Below are positions 23,159 to 36,491 of a stretch of 64,000 nt of DNA, one piece after another. The DNA comes from Podarcis muralis (Eukaryota). The notes beneath the pieces are model-generated. The model saw nothing but the letters and a program-made list of their open reading frames with translations. It had not been told where the DNA came from and made no database searches. Within the stretch, counting starts at the first letter, position 1. Every line of letters starts with the position of its first letter. The stretch lies in NCBI RefSeq assembly GCF_964188315.1, contig NC_135656.1, positions 77,252,001 to 77,316,000 on the forward strand. Reading direction: 5' to 3'. Made by a program: the position numbers and the translations under genes.

Positions 23159-25200
23159 AATGCACAAAGGTAAATTTATAGTATAAACGTAAATTGTCTC
23201 ACGTAATCCTGACATTCTGGAGATAACTTGTTACCTTCACTGGGTCCTGGATCCGGCTGGACCTGAGCTTTCTGGTGCCATCAGACTGCCAAGGTTGGGG
23301 ACACTCAGATTTCTTTGCTCATTCAGTTGGTGCTGGAACTAGAAGCTTATATTGCAGGCTGGCATTGGTAGAGCACATCTGCAAAGTCAGCAGAAATCCC
23401 CCCTTTTCGGCCTCACGGTGCACTCTGTTATTCCTGGGCTCAGTGCCTTGAGGTGTGCTTGCTCTCCACTGAAAATTAGTATTTTGACTGAACTCATTTC
23501 CAAATACGTTTGTGTAGGATTGTAGCCAAAGTGGACTTAAATCAAAATACTTTGGGTTGACATACATTCTCATCTCCTGGGGGAACACTGGGGTTTTATT
23601 TTTATTGATTTACACCATTTTCAAGGTTTTTCATTATAAAGAGAAGACCATCCTAAAAATAGCCTGTTGAAGGTCATTTAAAAGCGAACCTCGATAATGT
23701 CTCAATGATAGCTGAAGCTGGACATTATTAAATTTCCAAGCTATTCTGTTTGTCCATGTATTAAACCAAGTTAACTGGAGCGTTTTCAAGGATGCAGGGA
23801 TTGCGTGGATGGTTGTTAAATGGATTATAGCACTGAAATGTACTCTGCTGCCCTGACTTTTAATAAGCCAGGGAGGTCTGGTAGCACCTAATTTGATTAA
23901 TTTCCTGCAGGAAACTCTGGAGTAAAAACGCATTAGCAAAAAGAGAGCATGCTGGGAGACAAATACAATTATGTATGGTTTTACAAAGAGACATTTGAAG
24001 TTTTAGAATGATACAATCAAAGGCAGACTGGCACCATTTTTAGACATGCTTACTTGGAAAATGGAGGCAGTGATTTTAGAATGAGTCTCTGAGGGAACCA
24101 ATATAGAAAACAGCATATTAGAGTGTGGGGTTTATTTTCCCAGGAGAAGACAAAGATCATTTCCTTAAGATGCATGCTCATTTATATGCACTGGAAAATC
24201 CACACGGGTCCTGAATGCTGTCAAAACATTTTCATGACTTGGAATTGTTCCAAAAACAGTCCATGGAGGATGCTCCACCTTTCCCTGTCCCCACTGGAAC
24301 AGGTTTCTGTAGGAGATGTGCTTGGGAAGCCAGCCTGGAGAAAGCATCTTCCGTCAATCTCAGCTTTAAAAACAGATGTGGGAAATGATTCAGAGAAAGT
24401 GTTAATGCATGTGGGCTTAAAGTGGGTAGTGGGGTGCACACACATGGACCCTGCCCACAACATTCCGACCTTTTGCATTTTGAATACAAAGGTCTGAAAG
24501 GGAATTCTGATGGCATTCAGCAGGAGCCAATCAGGATTGACAAGGAGGCTCCTAAACATGTTTGACATGCAAAGGTTGAAGTGGATCCCTCTTGTACCTG
24601 TCAAAGGCGTTGGAACATGATTCTTGTTTGCATCAACCCACTTGAATTCAGTGGGATTTTAATCCACTGTAAAGCTCTTAGAAGAAAGCCAATCTGGAAA
24701 ACCTATTTATTGTTATTTGCTATTTAATTTATAGCCTGCCAAAGCTTCCCAGGAATGTTGCACAATACCTCAAATACACACAACTATGCAAAGAGCAGAA
24801 AACCAACAATATTACTGAAACAGAAATTTAAAATAAAATCACAATATAAAAAGGGAAACCCGGCAGCAACTTATTTCTAGGTTATTTCTATAGTGCTTTT
24901 CTTGCAAGAGATCAATAAAGCAAATTTGCTTGCTCAAGGGAGCTGGAAAAAAAAAGAAAAAAAATGATCTCTTTTTAATATTTCTTTCTGTGATATTTAG
25001 GGTACAGAGGGAGGCTGAGAAAACAGAATAAAATTAAAGAATTTGTTGGTTCCAAGATTTACCTCTACCAGCAAATAATCATTTAGCTTGGGTTGCATCA
25101 TGGCAAGTATTCAAAACATGAGATAATGATGGCAAAACATGTATATGTACCAGTGCAAATAGTTTAGAATCCAGTTAAATGTCCTATTTGTGCTGTATTT

Positions 25201-25556
25201 GCACGTCGGGTGGCGCTGTGAGTTAAACCACAAAGCCTAGGACTTGCCGATCAGAAGGTTGGCGGTTCGAATCCCAGTGACGGGGTGAGCTCCCGTTGCT
25301 CGGTCCCTGCTCCTGCCAACCTAGCAGTTCGAAAGCACGTCAAAGTGAAAGTAGATAAATAGGTACCGCTCTGGTGAGAAGGTTAAATGGCGTTTCCGTG
25401 TGCTGCTCTGGTTCGCCAGAAGCGGCTCAGTCATGCTAGCCACATGACCCGGAAGCTGTATGCCGGCTCCCTCGGCCAATAAAGCAAGATGAGCGCCACA
25501 ACCCCAGAGTCGGTCACGACTGGACCTAATGGTCAGGGGTCCCTTTACCTTTACCT
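25201..25556 (+). mobile_element. Sauria SINE
   Basis: A-box tggcgctgtgag, B-box ggttcgaatcc, gccaacctagcagttcgaaagcac block, (ACCTTT)n tail. Confidence 0.92.
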
Positions 25557-25652
25557 AGTCTGGATACCACACTGTCTCCATACACCCTGCCCAGGCTTAC
25601 ACCCTGGAGAGGTCACTTTGTGTTTCCATGATACAGGGTTGTTTTTATCCAG

Positions 25653-26257
25653 TGTCATGGACTGGCTCGATGCCGAGGAGTGGTGGGAGGCACCAGCTGG
25701 GGAGCCCCCGGGGGAAGAAGGCTCAGAGCCAGGGGACTGGTGGTGGGTTGACGATGAGTGGTCAGAGGGAGAAGAAGAAGCAGGCTGGGAGGAGCAGGTG
25801 TCGGAAGCTGAAGACGCAACAGGATTTAGTGAGCAGGAAGACGCTGTGGCAGAAAGCAATTCTGATTCAGAAGCTGGAGAGGAGTGAGATCAAGAGACAG
25901 AGATCAGGCAGGCTGCCAAAGAAGCCAGGGTGTCTCCCCCTCCTCCTACAATCAGCTCCCCTCTCCCCCGGTCTCCCAGGACTAGAATAGGCATGAAGGG
26001 GGAAGAACAGAGACAGATGCATTGATGGAGTCTCAGATCGCTGGGGAAGGAACTGAGGAGGAGGAGACTTAGAGAGCTGTGGGAAGGTAGGGACTTTCAG
26101 TCCTCACAACTGCCTCATTGGGGCAAGATCTACTGAGAAGAGTTGCTGTGCTCACTAGGCCCGGCCTCTGGAATTGTTTGTTTCTTTGAAAAAAGGGTCA
26201 ACTTCACTGACATTGTATGAGTTATTACTAACCTGCTCCTGGTACTCGCCCTTGACA
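25653..26257 (+). mobile_element. Solo LTR (605 bp) containing an acidic Trp-rich ORF
   Basis: Termini TGTCA...TGACA. Flanks TCCAG (25648-25652) and TCCAT (26258-26262), a 5-bp TSD with one mismatch. ATG at 25657. Confidence 0.7.
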
Positions 26258-27439
26258 TCCATTGGATCTCATCTTTTTAGAAATTAACCATTGATTTGCC
26301 CTCAAGTGATTCCTAAGCACTTTCTGGATTTGGTACATCATTAAAATTTTACTCACACTGTTGCATAAGCAACTCTTCATACATGCAGCACCCGGCAACT
26401 TAAAATTAGTGTCACTCTTCATTTTCAATGAAACCCTACCACGTCATTAAAGGATTATGATGCTGTTTTGCTGGCTTCGAACAGGACAGCCTTATCAAAA
26501 TTCTATGACAGCAAGCTCAGCAATGCTACATTTGTTCCCTATCAGACTAGCTACTTGGTTTAATCCTCTTTTATAGGAACATACCTTAACTGCAGCTGCC
26601 CCCCCCACCTCCCCACAGTCACACAGTGAAAACTCAGAGAAGAATGGTGGCAAAATTGCTTCCTTTGCATCAGAAATGGTTTATTGCTGCTTTCTGCAGC
26701 TATGGTCTCCTAAAGCAAAGGCTAAGTGTACCCAACCACATGTGACAGCTACACAGCCACTTTTTATTTCACCCTGAATAACTTTAGCTGATGAATCTCC
26801 AGTTGGTTTTTCAAAGGAGTTTTGCATTACAATGATTTCACGTCTATAATTTTATGCACTGGTGAAACCCTTGCTGTGACTTACCAATTGCTTTCCAAAA
26901 ATTTGAACTAAATCCATAGATTTAGGGCCACTGAAAATGGCCCTAAGTATTTACTTCTTATTTCACCTGCTTCTTTACAAAAAAATATGCAAGCAAGTTC
27001 AGAACACCTGAAAGATTGAAATATTTGTATCTGTTAAGGAAGGTAAACACCGACATTTCTCCCTGCAGACTTTTCCCAGATGTAATGAAATACTTTTGCT
27101 CATCTCCGGAGGGCAAGCAAGCGTGACAGCTCTTTTACAATTAATCCAATCCTGTAAAATGAGTTTAGTTACAGGTAGCATTTATTGACTGTAAGAACAT
27201 GGCTCCCAGGGGCCTTTTTTGCCACAATGGAATCTTGGTACTTTAGGAAAATAGAGAGATGGAAATCCCCTACTTGTCAGGGCTCCATGAGTAATTGTGT
27301 GAAAAGAGTGACCCTAATACACTATTGTAAAGCTTTAAGAACACACACACACCCAACATATCAACGATTTTTAAACAGGCCTCTTAGTATACAGTCAGGG
27401 CCAGTTCAAAACATTTTGCTGCTTGAGGCAAAACAGAAA

Positions 27440-28180
27440 ATGGCATCTGACACCACAGCCTCTTCCTCCACCTGAGTCAACGGGAGGCAGCCTGGGAGAG
27501 CCCTGGAGCTCTGAAGGCATAGGGGGAGAAAAAGGAGACCTGAGATGAGCAGGTAATGACAAGCAGAACACCTTGGGGGCTTTCAGAGTGGTACCAAGCT
27601 CCAGTTCCAAGGCTGCAGCAGTGGAAGGACAGTGGTGGTAGTGGCAGCTCCAATTCTCAGCTGAAGGAGCAGCAGCAAAGGCATGCAAGGAATGTCTCTG
27701 GCCTTCCTCTTCAGATCTGCCACCTCTCCCAGCTGTCCCCAGCCTGCTACCTAAGTCAACTGCCTCAACAAGGCTTATGAGCCCTGCATTCAGTTTTGTT
27801 AAGTAGCAGGTGGACAGAGCACCCCTAAGACTACATGATGAGCTTGTTGCAGGCAGAGGGCCCAGATTGAGACTCTCACCAGAGAGGATCCAGAAAATCT
27901 ACAGCCAGCTCAGTTTTGCACCCACTCTGCCCCTTAATATCATGCTCCGGGTGCCTTCCCTTGGCTCCTGCTGGTAGGAACACTGCTGATGTCAGTGTTG
28001 CTTCTGCCACTCTCTCCATAGCTGCACCAGAGGCCTCAACAATAGCAAAGCTGCTCTCTGCCAGCAAATAGGCTGGTGGGCAGAGACATCCACTCAGTCC
28101 TAGCCCCCTCCAGCAGCATGGATTATGTGTTAGGACTGTAAATCGATGTTAAGAATGTTGGATTTGAGAGAAATTGACAG
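27440..28180. mobile_element. GC-rich probable LTR-type repeat, boundaries unresolved
   Basis: Abrupt GC-rich block in AT-rich surroundings, ending ...aaattgaca. No matching TSD found. Confidence 0.3.
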
Positions 28181-28687
28181 CTCATTGGGAGAAAAGAAAC
28201 AACCCCCCCAAAAAAAAAAGTTTGATTCTCCTCAGCCCAGGACACTTTAGTATGAATCCTAAAGATACCAGATGAACCTCTCTGCATGAACAATGAATCG
28301 GGTTAGTCAATCCATGGACACTGCTAGTAGCTACTAAGTCAGATTTTTACCAGCTCTACTATGTGAATGGCAACCATCAGTGTGGTTGTGTCAGAAGAGG
28401 GCCCATGGGTGTAGCCGTGGGGAAAATTTAACCACATCAGAGCCGAACCACAGGATCCTGTCCAGCTGTGCAAAGAGCTTCCATGTGAGAGGCTACATGC
28501 TATTTATTAAATATTTCTGAAAGCATAAGATCTCTTAGGAACACAGAGAAGCAAAAGTGTTTTATTGGTGTTACAACCTGAAGCAGTTAATGCTGTGTAC
28601 ATCCTCCTCATGTATGTGTTTAATAGAAAATAAGTGTTTTTGATTAAGGTAACAGACCTCATCTTTTTTTTAAAAAAAAAAGGAAGG

Positions 28688-29009
28688 TGAAACATACTCA
28701 GAGTCGAGTGTGAATTTCATGCTCTTTATTCAGCTCATAGTAGCAATGAATGAAACTTTCCCCAAAACATCTAGCTATATATACATTATTTACACAATGG
28801 GCCCTGCGTGATTGGCTAATTCCGGGCTGCTCCTGTAGGCCACTCAGGTTGTGGATTCACCTCCTCCAGAAGCCTGATTGGCTGCTCCTGCAGGCCAATC
28901 AGGTTGCTGATTCACTTCCACCTGGAGCTGGATTGGGTGCCTCCTGCGGACCAATCAGACTGCTGCATTCTGGATTCTATTGTTCTAGGATTCAGCTCAG
29001 TACATAACA
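28688..29009 (-). mobile_element. Solo LTR (322 bp), same family as 21754-21985
   Basis: Reverse-complement termini match the 21754 copy. Perfect 5-bp TSD GAAGG (28683-28687, 29010-29014). Minus-strand AATAAA at 28725-28730. Confidence 0.88.
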
Positions 29010-29931
29010 GAAGGTGATCTGCATATCTACTTAATAGTCCCCTACTTCCTTGTGCATTAAGCTCCTTGCCTTTGATTTGACTCTTGCAGTTCTAAAGAAG
29101 CAAATCAAGTGTGCCAAGACGGTAGCAGTTTAGGCTTGGTGCTGCATAAGGATTATACTGCTAAGATCATCACTGTCTGTTATCTGTGATACACGAAAGT
29201 GCAAGCAACATCTATTCTCAAGCAGCATATCTCTCCACTACCAGATACTGGGCACTAACCACAGGATGTAGCTATCCCCATCATCCTTAGCTTGTGAATT
29301 TCTCTAGGGCTGTGCTAGCCCTAGAATGCTGAGCTTATAGTCCTTTGTTCTGTTCCACCATGCAATATTTAAGTTCTTATATAAAAGTATAAACGTTTCA
29401 TTTGTGACAGATCTGTGGCCATTCTCGTTGACTTCTTCTGCAACTATCTGGTCCAATGGCTTTCCACAAATACAACACTGAAATCAAAAGACTGTTCTCT
29501 AACTTGCTTTGCAGAAGTGTTTTAATAAAGCATGCCATTTGCTGCTCTCACCTGCCTCCTTCTATTGAACAAGTGAGCATGTACCCCTTTCCCCTGTTCT
29601 TCGGCTATTCACAGATTTCATATTCATCCCAGAGCAGTTAAACAATAGTTTCCCCCTGTAGAGAGTTCTCTTGTGAGAGGAACATGAGTCTGAGGCAAAT
29701 AGCAGTGTGGGCGAACTCATCAGATGACAGTAACAATGCAATATGATGTTACTGACAGGTATTTCAAAACATCTTTCCTACATTGTCTGTAGTCCCCATC
29801 CCATTTACTCCATAGCAACCTCACTAAAGCCAGCAGGACTGGTTTGGGATAAGTGAGCTGTCATTATCCCCAATCTCTCTGAGATCAGCGCAACAGCAAA
29901 AACAATGCTTTCCTTTATGTATTTATTTATA

Positions 29932-30173
29932 CAGTGGTACCTCGGGTTACATACGTTTCAGGTTACATACGCTTCAGGTTACACACTCCGTTAACCCAGA
30001 AATAGTGCTTCAGGTTAAGAACTTTGCTTCAGGATGAGAACAGAAATCGTGCTCCGGTGGCGCGGCGGCAGCAGGAGGCCCCATTAGCTAAAGTGGTGCT
30101 TCAGGTTAAGAACAGTTTCAGTTTAAGAACGGACCACTGAAATGAATTAAGTACTTAACCCAAGGTACCACTG
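29932..30173 (+). mobile_element. Tigger/pogo-like MITE, family A
   Basis: Same TIRs and interior as 17378-17595. TA at 29930-29931 and 30174-30175. Confidence 0.93.
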
Positions 30174-31269
30174 TACTCTACTTTTCTTCCACAGGATTCC
30201 TGCAAGGTCCCCCATACAGGTACCAGCTCTGCTAACCTTCAACAAGGTGGCTGGATCATATTGCTTCAGACTATGCTATGGAAGTTTAAGTGCACTGTGT
30301 GCTGTACACAAAGGGTTGTTTTCACTTCTCAAGGATAGTGTGCCACTTCAAGCAAAGACCGAATATTCTTTAACTACACTACTTTACACAATTTTCTCTG
30401 GAGCACCCCACATTTTAAACCAAGGTCACCGCACAAACAGCTAATTGTGAGGGCCACACCATTTTTGAGAAGGGATAAGATGAACTGGTTTCATTGCCTC
30501 CCTCCTTCTGTAACAAGCAAAATCTTTTGTTCAAGCTTATTTGCAAAACCCAGAAACGGCTGTCTGTTTCATATGCACAACCAGATTCTTGCTATGTGGT
30601 ACTCAATAGCAATCCTTTTGTTTCTCTTGTTGCTTGTTTTGTGGGTGAGATATGTAAGGGTGCTGTTTGTGTCGTAGATTTCCATGTGTTCTAGAAACCA
30701 GAAAGGAAATTAATGCTGTTCTCTCACTCAGCATGCTGTGTCCTTTTGTGCAACAGTCTGTAGTTGCGTGTTTGGCATCAACACCTAATTTCGTAAGGCT
30801 TTCAATAATACTAGTTAGTCAGAGTAAATTGCATTTAACAGATTTCATTGCATATTATTATCACACAGAAAAGGCAGTGTCTGGAAATATTAAATTATTG
30901 TTCTCTCGAAAAAGAAGAAGAGCTGGGCTAATGGAATATACATATTCAAAGGCAGATGCAGTGAGATAGCTGTCTAATGTGTGCTTTGTTTATTCATGGA
31001 CCTTACTATTGACTTCGTAGATTGTAATATGCACGTAAATGTCAGATCTGAATAAAAATTTGCTGTTCAAAAAAGGCTATACATTTCCAAGCATGATAGA
31101 GAATTCTGAGTAAATTTATTTACAGGTGAAAAGAGATCAATTTGACCAAATATTGAACTACTGAATGCATATAGAATCAGACTAAGCCACTAATGTACAA
31201 ATTCTGGCTCACTGAATAAATGAAATGTTTCTGACTTGAAGGTCAGATAAAAAGCAGCATGCTGCTTGC

Positions 31270-31660
31270 ATCTTGAGCACACTGGAAGACAGCTTCCTTA
31301 CAAAGGCAAGTGTATGATAATTCCAAGCAGGTCCAGATCCAGGTTTGAGGAAACCCTTAGCAAGGCAAGCTGCCCTCTGGCAGGACCACTCTTCCCTTGG
31401 TAGACCCTGGCAGTGACAAGATTAGGCAGCAACACCAACAGTGCCTTAAACAGATGATGGTGGCACCATTTTAATTTCCCACAATGTTCCCAATGGAGCA
31501 TCATCCTGGGACATTGTGGGAAATCAAATGGCAATGCAAAGAGATGAGTCAGACTCCTGGATACCAGTAAAAATATAAAGGGATCCCTGGTGTCAGTGAG
31601 GAGCACAGCTGCATGGTCCGCTCCCAAGAATGCCAAGGACTCCAATATCATACTCTGATT
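31270..31660 (-). mobile_element. Decayed L2 LINE ORF2 fragment
   Basis: Minus strand ccttgctaagggtttcctcaaacctggatctggacc...aattatcatacac resembles the eroded L2 PLLKKPSLDP..NYRP region. Frames are broken. Confidence 0.45.
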
Positions 31661-34600
31661 CTTTCACATGATCTTTCAGGTGGTCCCCTGCGTGTTGCAC
31701 AAGCAATGTCTTGCAAGCTCATTTGTGCAACAAATTTATTCTTATGCTCTACAACTTGCATTATTTGATTTAAATTGTTTATTTTCTTCTCTAGCACAAT
31801 CTATTTTATGTATAATTTTCTCCTTGGATCTTTCAAAGTATTCCTGTAAGAGTATATGTAAATCTTCAGTTCTCAGTGGCATGTTTCCTTTACTACCTTT
31901 CTTCCTCATTCTACTGGACATATTCTGACTTCCCCCCTCCCCCACTTTTTGTGCTTTTCGCTTTCTAATTATTCCCTGTTATAGTTCTCATATGGTGACC
32001 CCCATTTTACATGCTAAGTTGGTCCTTGGTTAGATTCTACTTCTGCCATTGATTTTTATTTATTTATTTATTTTTACTTAATAGGATAAATTGATTAAGT
32101 CAATTTACCACCATGTTATCAAAGGCCTAAGTATATCTGCATTGTGTCCAGGAGGCACCATAACTGCAGTGAAGACTCCTTTATGATCAAAAGATTGCAT
32201 TGTATCAGTAAAAGGTGGTCCAATATGTATGCACACATTCATTGCACAACACGGTGCTCCTATCAATATTCACTGAACAGCAGCTGCTATAAATTATGCA
32301 TTTCTTTTTTTAATTCCCCCTCCATGAAAAAAGATAAATCCTTTTCAGCCCACCTTTTGTATTCACATTCAAATGGAATGTATTCTTCCAGAGAAATAAA
32401 ACAGAATGATGCTTTTTCTAAATAACAGCACTGAGATCCTTTCACAAAGTCTTTGGGCTAAACCAGATCAGGGGTTTAGAGTACAAAAGGTGGTTTTTAT
32501 TATTATTGTGAGCCAGCTTCAGCTGACAGAAATTAAGGTGAGAACTTTCGAGCCAAAATGTGCTAAGCGAAGTGCTATAGGTATTGAGTTGAGATAAATT
32601 AAATGGTAATCTGCAAAAGGCAAAGCTTGTGGAAAGCAGCTTTCTAGTAAGACTGCAATGGATATTTTCAATTTTTCTAGTTAAGAAAAGCATGACAGAA
32701 CAATAAAGATAAATACAGGCAATGAGAGATTAGGGAGACATGATAAGAGCCCCAGGGACCAGGTCAGAGGGCTATACATTTTAAGGTACTATCTTTTTCA
32801 GAAAAGAGGCAGGATAGCAAGGAGGAATTGAGAGTCCCTGCAGGGGTGTGGACCTCAGCAGGTGCCCATTAAAGTCAACTGAGAGTGAAGGCAAGTCAGA
32901 GCAATGTAAATGGATACATTGTGAAGAGTGTTGTGAAAAGTCAAAGAGGGATATGTTCTTTGACAATGCTGAGAATGTTCTGAGAAACTGAGAATTGGTT
33001 TGATTATTTTTCAAACGCTGGTGTTCTAGAATCCACTGTCCCTCCACACAAAACCACATCCTTTACATCTTTAAATATTTAATAGTGTGTGTGAACTGGG
33101 ATTATTCAAAAATAGCATGTTACTTTACTCAAGGTAGGGTACTTTGTTGTGTTCACTATATAATAATACTTCAGATTTATTTATATGGCATTTCTCCTAA
33201 GTGCGCAGCATACTTTATATTGTTTCGTATTGTAACAGCCTGTAAGAAAGGCAAGTATTAGGGTCAAACCCAACATATCTTGGAGCACCATGCCATTTTT
33301 CTCTGCAGTTCTTTTTTTAGGACCAAAAACAGCACCTGCAGGTTGCCAGTTTGAGCTGGATACTATTTTTAATATTGTATGGTGCTGTCATCAAACTTTT
33401 CTACTCTCCTGACTGGTGACTTCAGAGGACTGGTTAGTGGACAAGGGAGATATCTCATCTATCCTGGGGCTTTGCATCTGTCCCATGCCTTATCTTAATG
33501 GCCTGTAAGGGACGTCCACCACCCTTATCACTATACTTTCTCACACTGCAATTTTATCAGAAGCCCACAGTCCCTCCTCATGACACAACACACTCCTAAA
33601 CACAATGAACTCATTAAAGGTCACAACCAAGAAGGATTGATATTAACTAAGTAGGTCCAGGCTTTGATACAGATCCTGCATAAAGCATTGCGGAGTTAAC
33701 CTGTTGAATGCCTCTCTCTCCTTGTAACATACCTTCCACATTTCCATTTTAGGTGTTTATTCCTAAAGGGATTTTCTTGGATTTATGTTTTTTTTTACAA
33801 AAACAAAGAACTTGTGCCTCTTAATTCTAAGCAAACATTATTTAATGTCTCAATGGAATGTTACTTATAGTCAGGTTAAAAAAATTCTTGCAAGCAATGT
33901 ATTTCCTAATTGTGTCTCCTTGAAAAGGATGACTCATTGTTTGGAATGGCTGCTTGCACAACCACCTCTCTTTATAGGACCTCTTAAGGGAGTTTATCAT
34001 CCATTTAGATTATTATAAACTTCAGCTTCTCAAATCCTTTCCAGCTTTAGATTCCAAATATGGGTTTTACTGTTATTGCATCTCCTTACTGCTCTGAATT
34101 ATTAAAGATTATTTAAGATTGCAGCAGTGGGTCTTAATCCCTTAGCAATATGGAACATGCAGCTTATCAGATTGTTCTTTGGATATATTTTTATAGAGAA
34201 GTTGCCAAAGATTTCATAGTTAAGGCAGATTTTGAAATAAGAATGACAAATGGTTAACAACTTTAATACAGCTTTGCTGTACAAATCTATTGTAGGATTT
34301 TCCTTGTCAAATTTCATACTAATCATCATCATCATCATCATTATTATCAATTCATTCATTTTTGAGTTGTTATGATTCTTTGATGGGCCACTGGATTTCA
34401 AAAAGTAATTTATGAAGTATATTGAGAAAGAAAAAAGAATCAAACCTTTTACTAGTTCTGTGAACACAATTTTAAAGAGATTACTAGGATATTCAAATTC
34501 CGGTAGATGGGTTCCCCCAGTAAAGGCAGGTACAATAGATCTTCGTTATCTCTGTTTTCTTTGGATGATTACTTGTAGTTTATTTAAACGGACCTGCACA

Positions 34601-36359
34601 ACATGGAACTATTTTACTGAATTTACTGGAAAGATTCTTATCAGTTGAGTGACACATTACTGGAGCTGAAAGGGATATTGGACATTGAAACGGTAGTTCT
34701 TATCCACATGAAGTTAAAAGAGGACAGGCAAGGAAAGGATGAGAGTTGGGAAAGGAGTGGTATTGAGACTATGATTAGTGAAATGGAAGATACTGGAATA
34801 TGTTGGATCTGATTGATTGCAAAAGCACTTCTTATTTCTGTACAAAAGTACTGTATTGCCAGCCTAAGAAAAACAAATATATTTGCCTACGTCATGAAAT
34901 CCTTGATAGTATCTCATGGTATTTCTCACTTGCATTAGCTTTTGGCAGCAGTGGGAGATGATTTTGGCACCACTGGAAAATAATTGGCTGGAAGTCTGCT
35001 GGTTTGTAGATTACTGTATCTTGGCCTAATCCACTTATTTGTTGGGTAGTTAAAACCATCCTCTTTGGCAGGATGCACTTGCAATTAATAAACAAAATGT
35101 TATTTTTGGGGGGTGGGGGAGGTAATTATAGCCAGAAATGGCATCACTTGCATTTTAATCAGATATCAAACTAACTGCATGGCCAAATATTAGCCTATGT
35201 TCTGGTAAGGAACCTCTTTAATGTACAGGGATATGATATATAGTGAGTCCTTGAGCAATAAGAAAGGCCATTTCATTATGAATGGTTGATTCATTGTGTA
35301 TGTGGGGGGTTAAAGTAGACTATGAACATAAACTATATATTATAGGCAGTATGTTAATTTTTTAAGTTTGGGAAGGTCTGCACAAATGTTGAAAATGGTG
35401 CTGGCCCATATTGAGTACAAATATTACTGCTCCAAATGCAAGATCAAAATGTAACCCATGTATAGAGCCCTAACAGGGTTAGCCAAAGAGGTTTTTCCAC
35501 TGGAAGCCAAGGACAACACGATCCCATTCCCCATTCCATGTAGAAAAGCTGACTGGGCTTGCTGTTGGGTGATAACGCCAAGACTGGTGCCTCCCTCCCA
35601 ACACAGTGTTGCCCGGGATTCATCACCCTGGTCTCCCGTCACGCTGATGTGGTCCATATCCAAGGACATGAGCACATGACAAGCAGAGTTCAAACAGAAG
35701 CTTAGTCTTGAGGAGTAACATCTAAGCCTAATTTATTGCAAATTAAATCAAATGTAACAGAACATAAACATGACTTCTCTCTCTGTCTTTCTTCCTTGGA
35801 GAGAGAGAACTGCAAAAACAACAGCAATACAGAGCGGAAACAGCGCATATCAATTTCCTCTCACAAGACTCCATAATCAGTGCTGGAATGTAAACAGACA
35901 TGTGACATGTAACAATCACACACACATCTGCAGCACGGGAGGAATGGAATTCTCAACACTTGCAGTGGAACCTTACTTCAACACTTTAAATATTGCAGGG
36001 TCCTGTCTGCACCAGAAGACAGCAGGTGAAGTATGAGGAGTGGCAGCATGGTACACACACCAGTGCCCTCCAGTCCCACCCAGATGCTGCTCCTTGGCCC
36101 TCAGCACCTGCCCCCTGGACCAGCTGCCTCACCTAAAGGTTGGGTCAGTCCCGAGTTCAGAGGGTAAGTTTTCTACAGCAGCATTAACTGCATTCATTTT
36201 TCAGTCCTTCTGTTGTGATTCAGTTTGCCAAAACATTCACAGTGGTTTTGTAAACACATTAAAAAAGCTATTTCCATTCTTCTTCATTCACAGCTTCCCA
36301 AGCCTATTTCATCTCAGCAGGGTTTTCTTCTCCCCTGGCTTTATCCTTTAGGCCTGCCC

Positions 36360-36491
36360 NNNNNNNNNNNNNNNNNNNNNNNNNNNNNNNNNNNNNNNNN
36401 NNNNNNNNNNNNNNNNNNNNNNNNNNNNNNNNNNNNNNNNNNNNNNNNNNNNNNNNNNNNNNNNNNNNNNNNNNNNNNNNNNNNNNNNNNN
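36360..36491. other. Assembly gap (132 N)
   Basis: Run of N. Confidence 0.99.

Noticed and set aside
24123-24604. Several overlapping 94-127 aa ORFs
   Set aside because: No recognisable domain and open frames on both strands. Probably a moderately GC-rich decayed repeat or chance.
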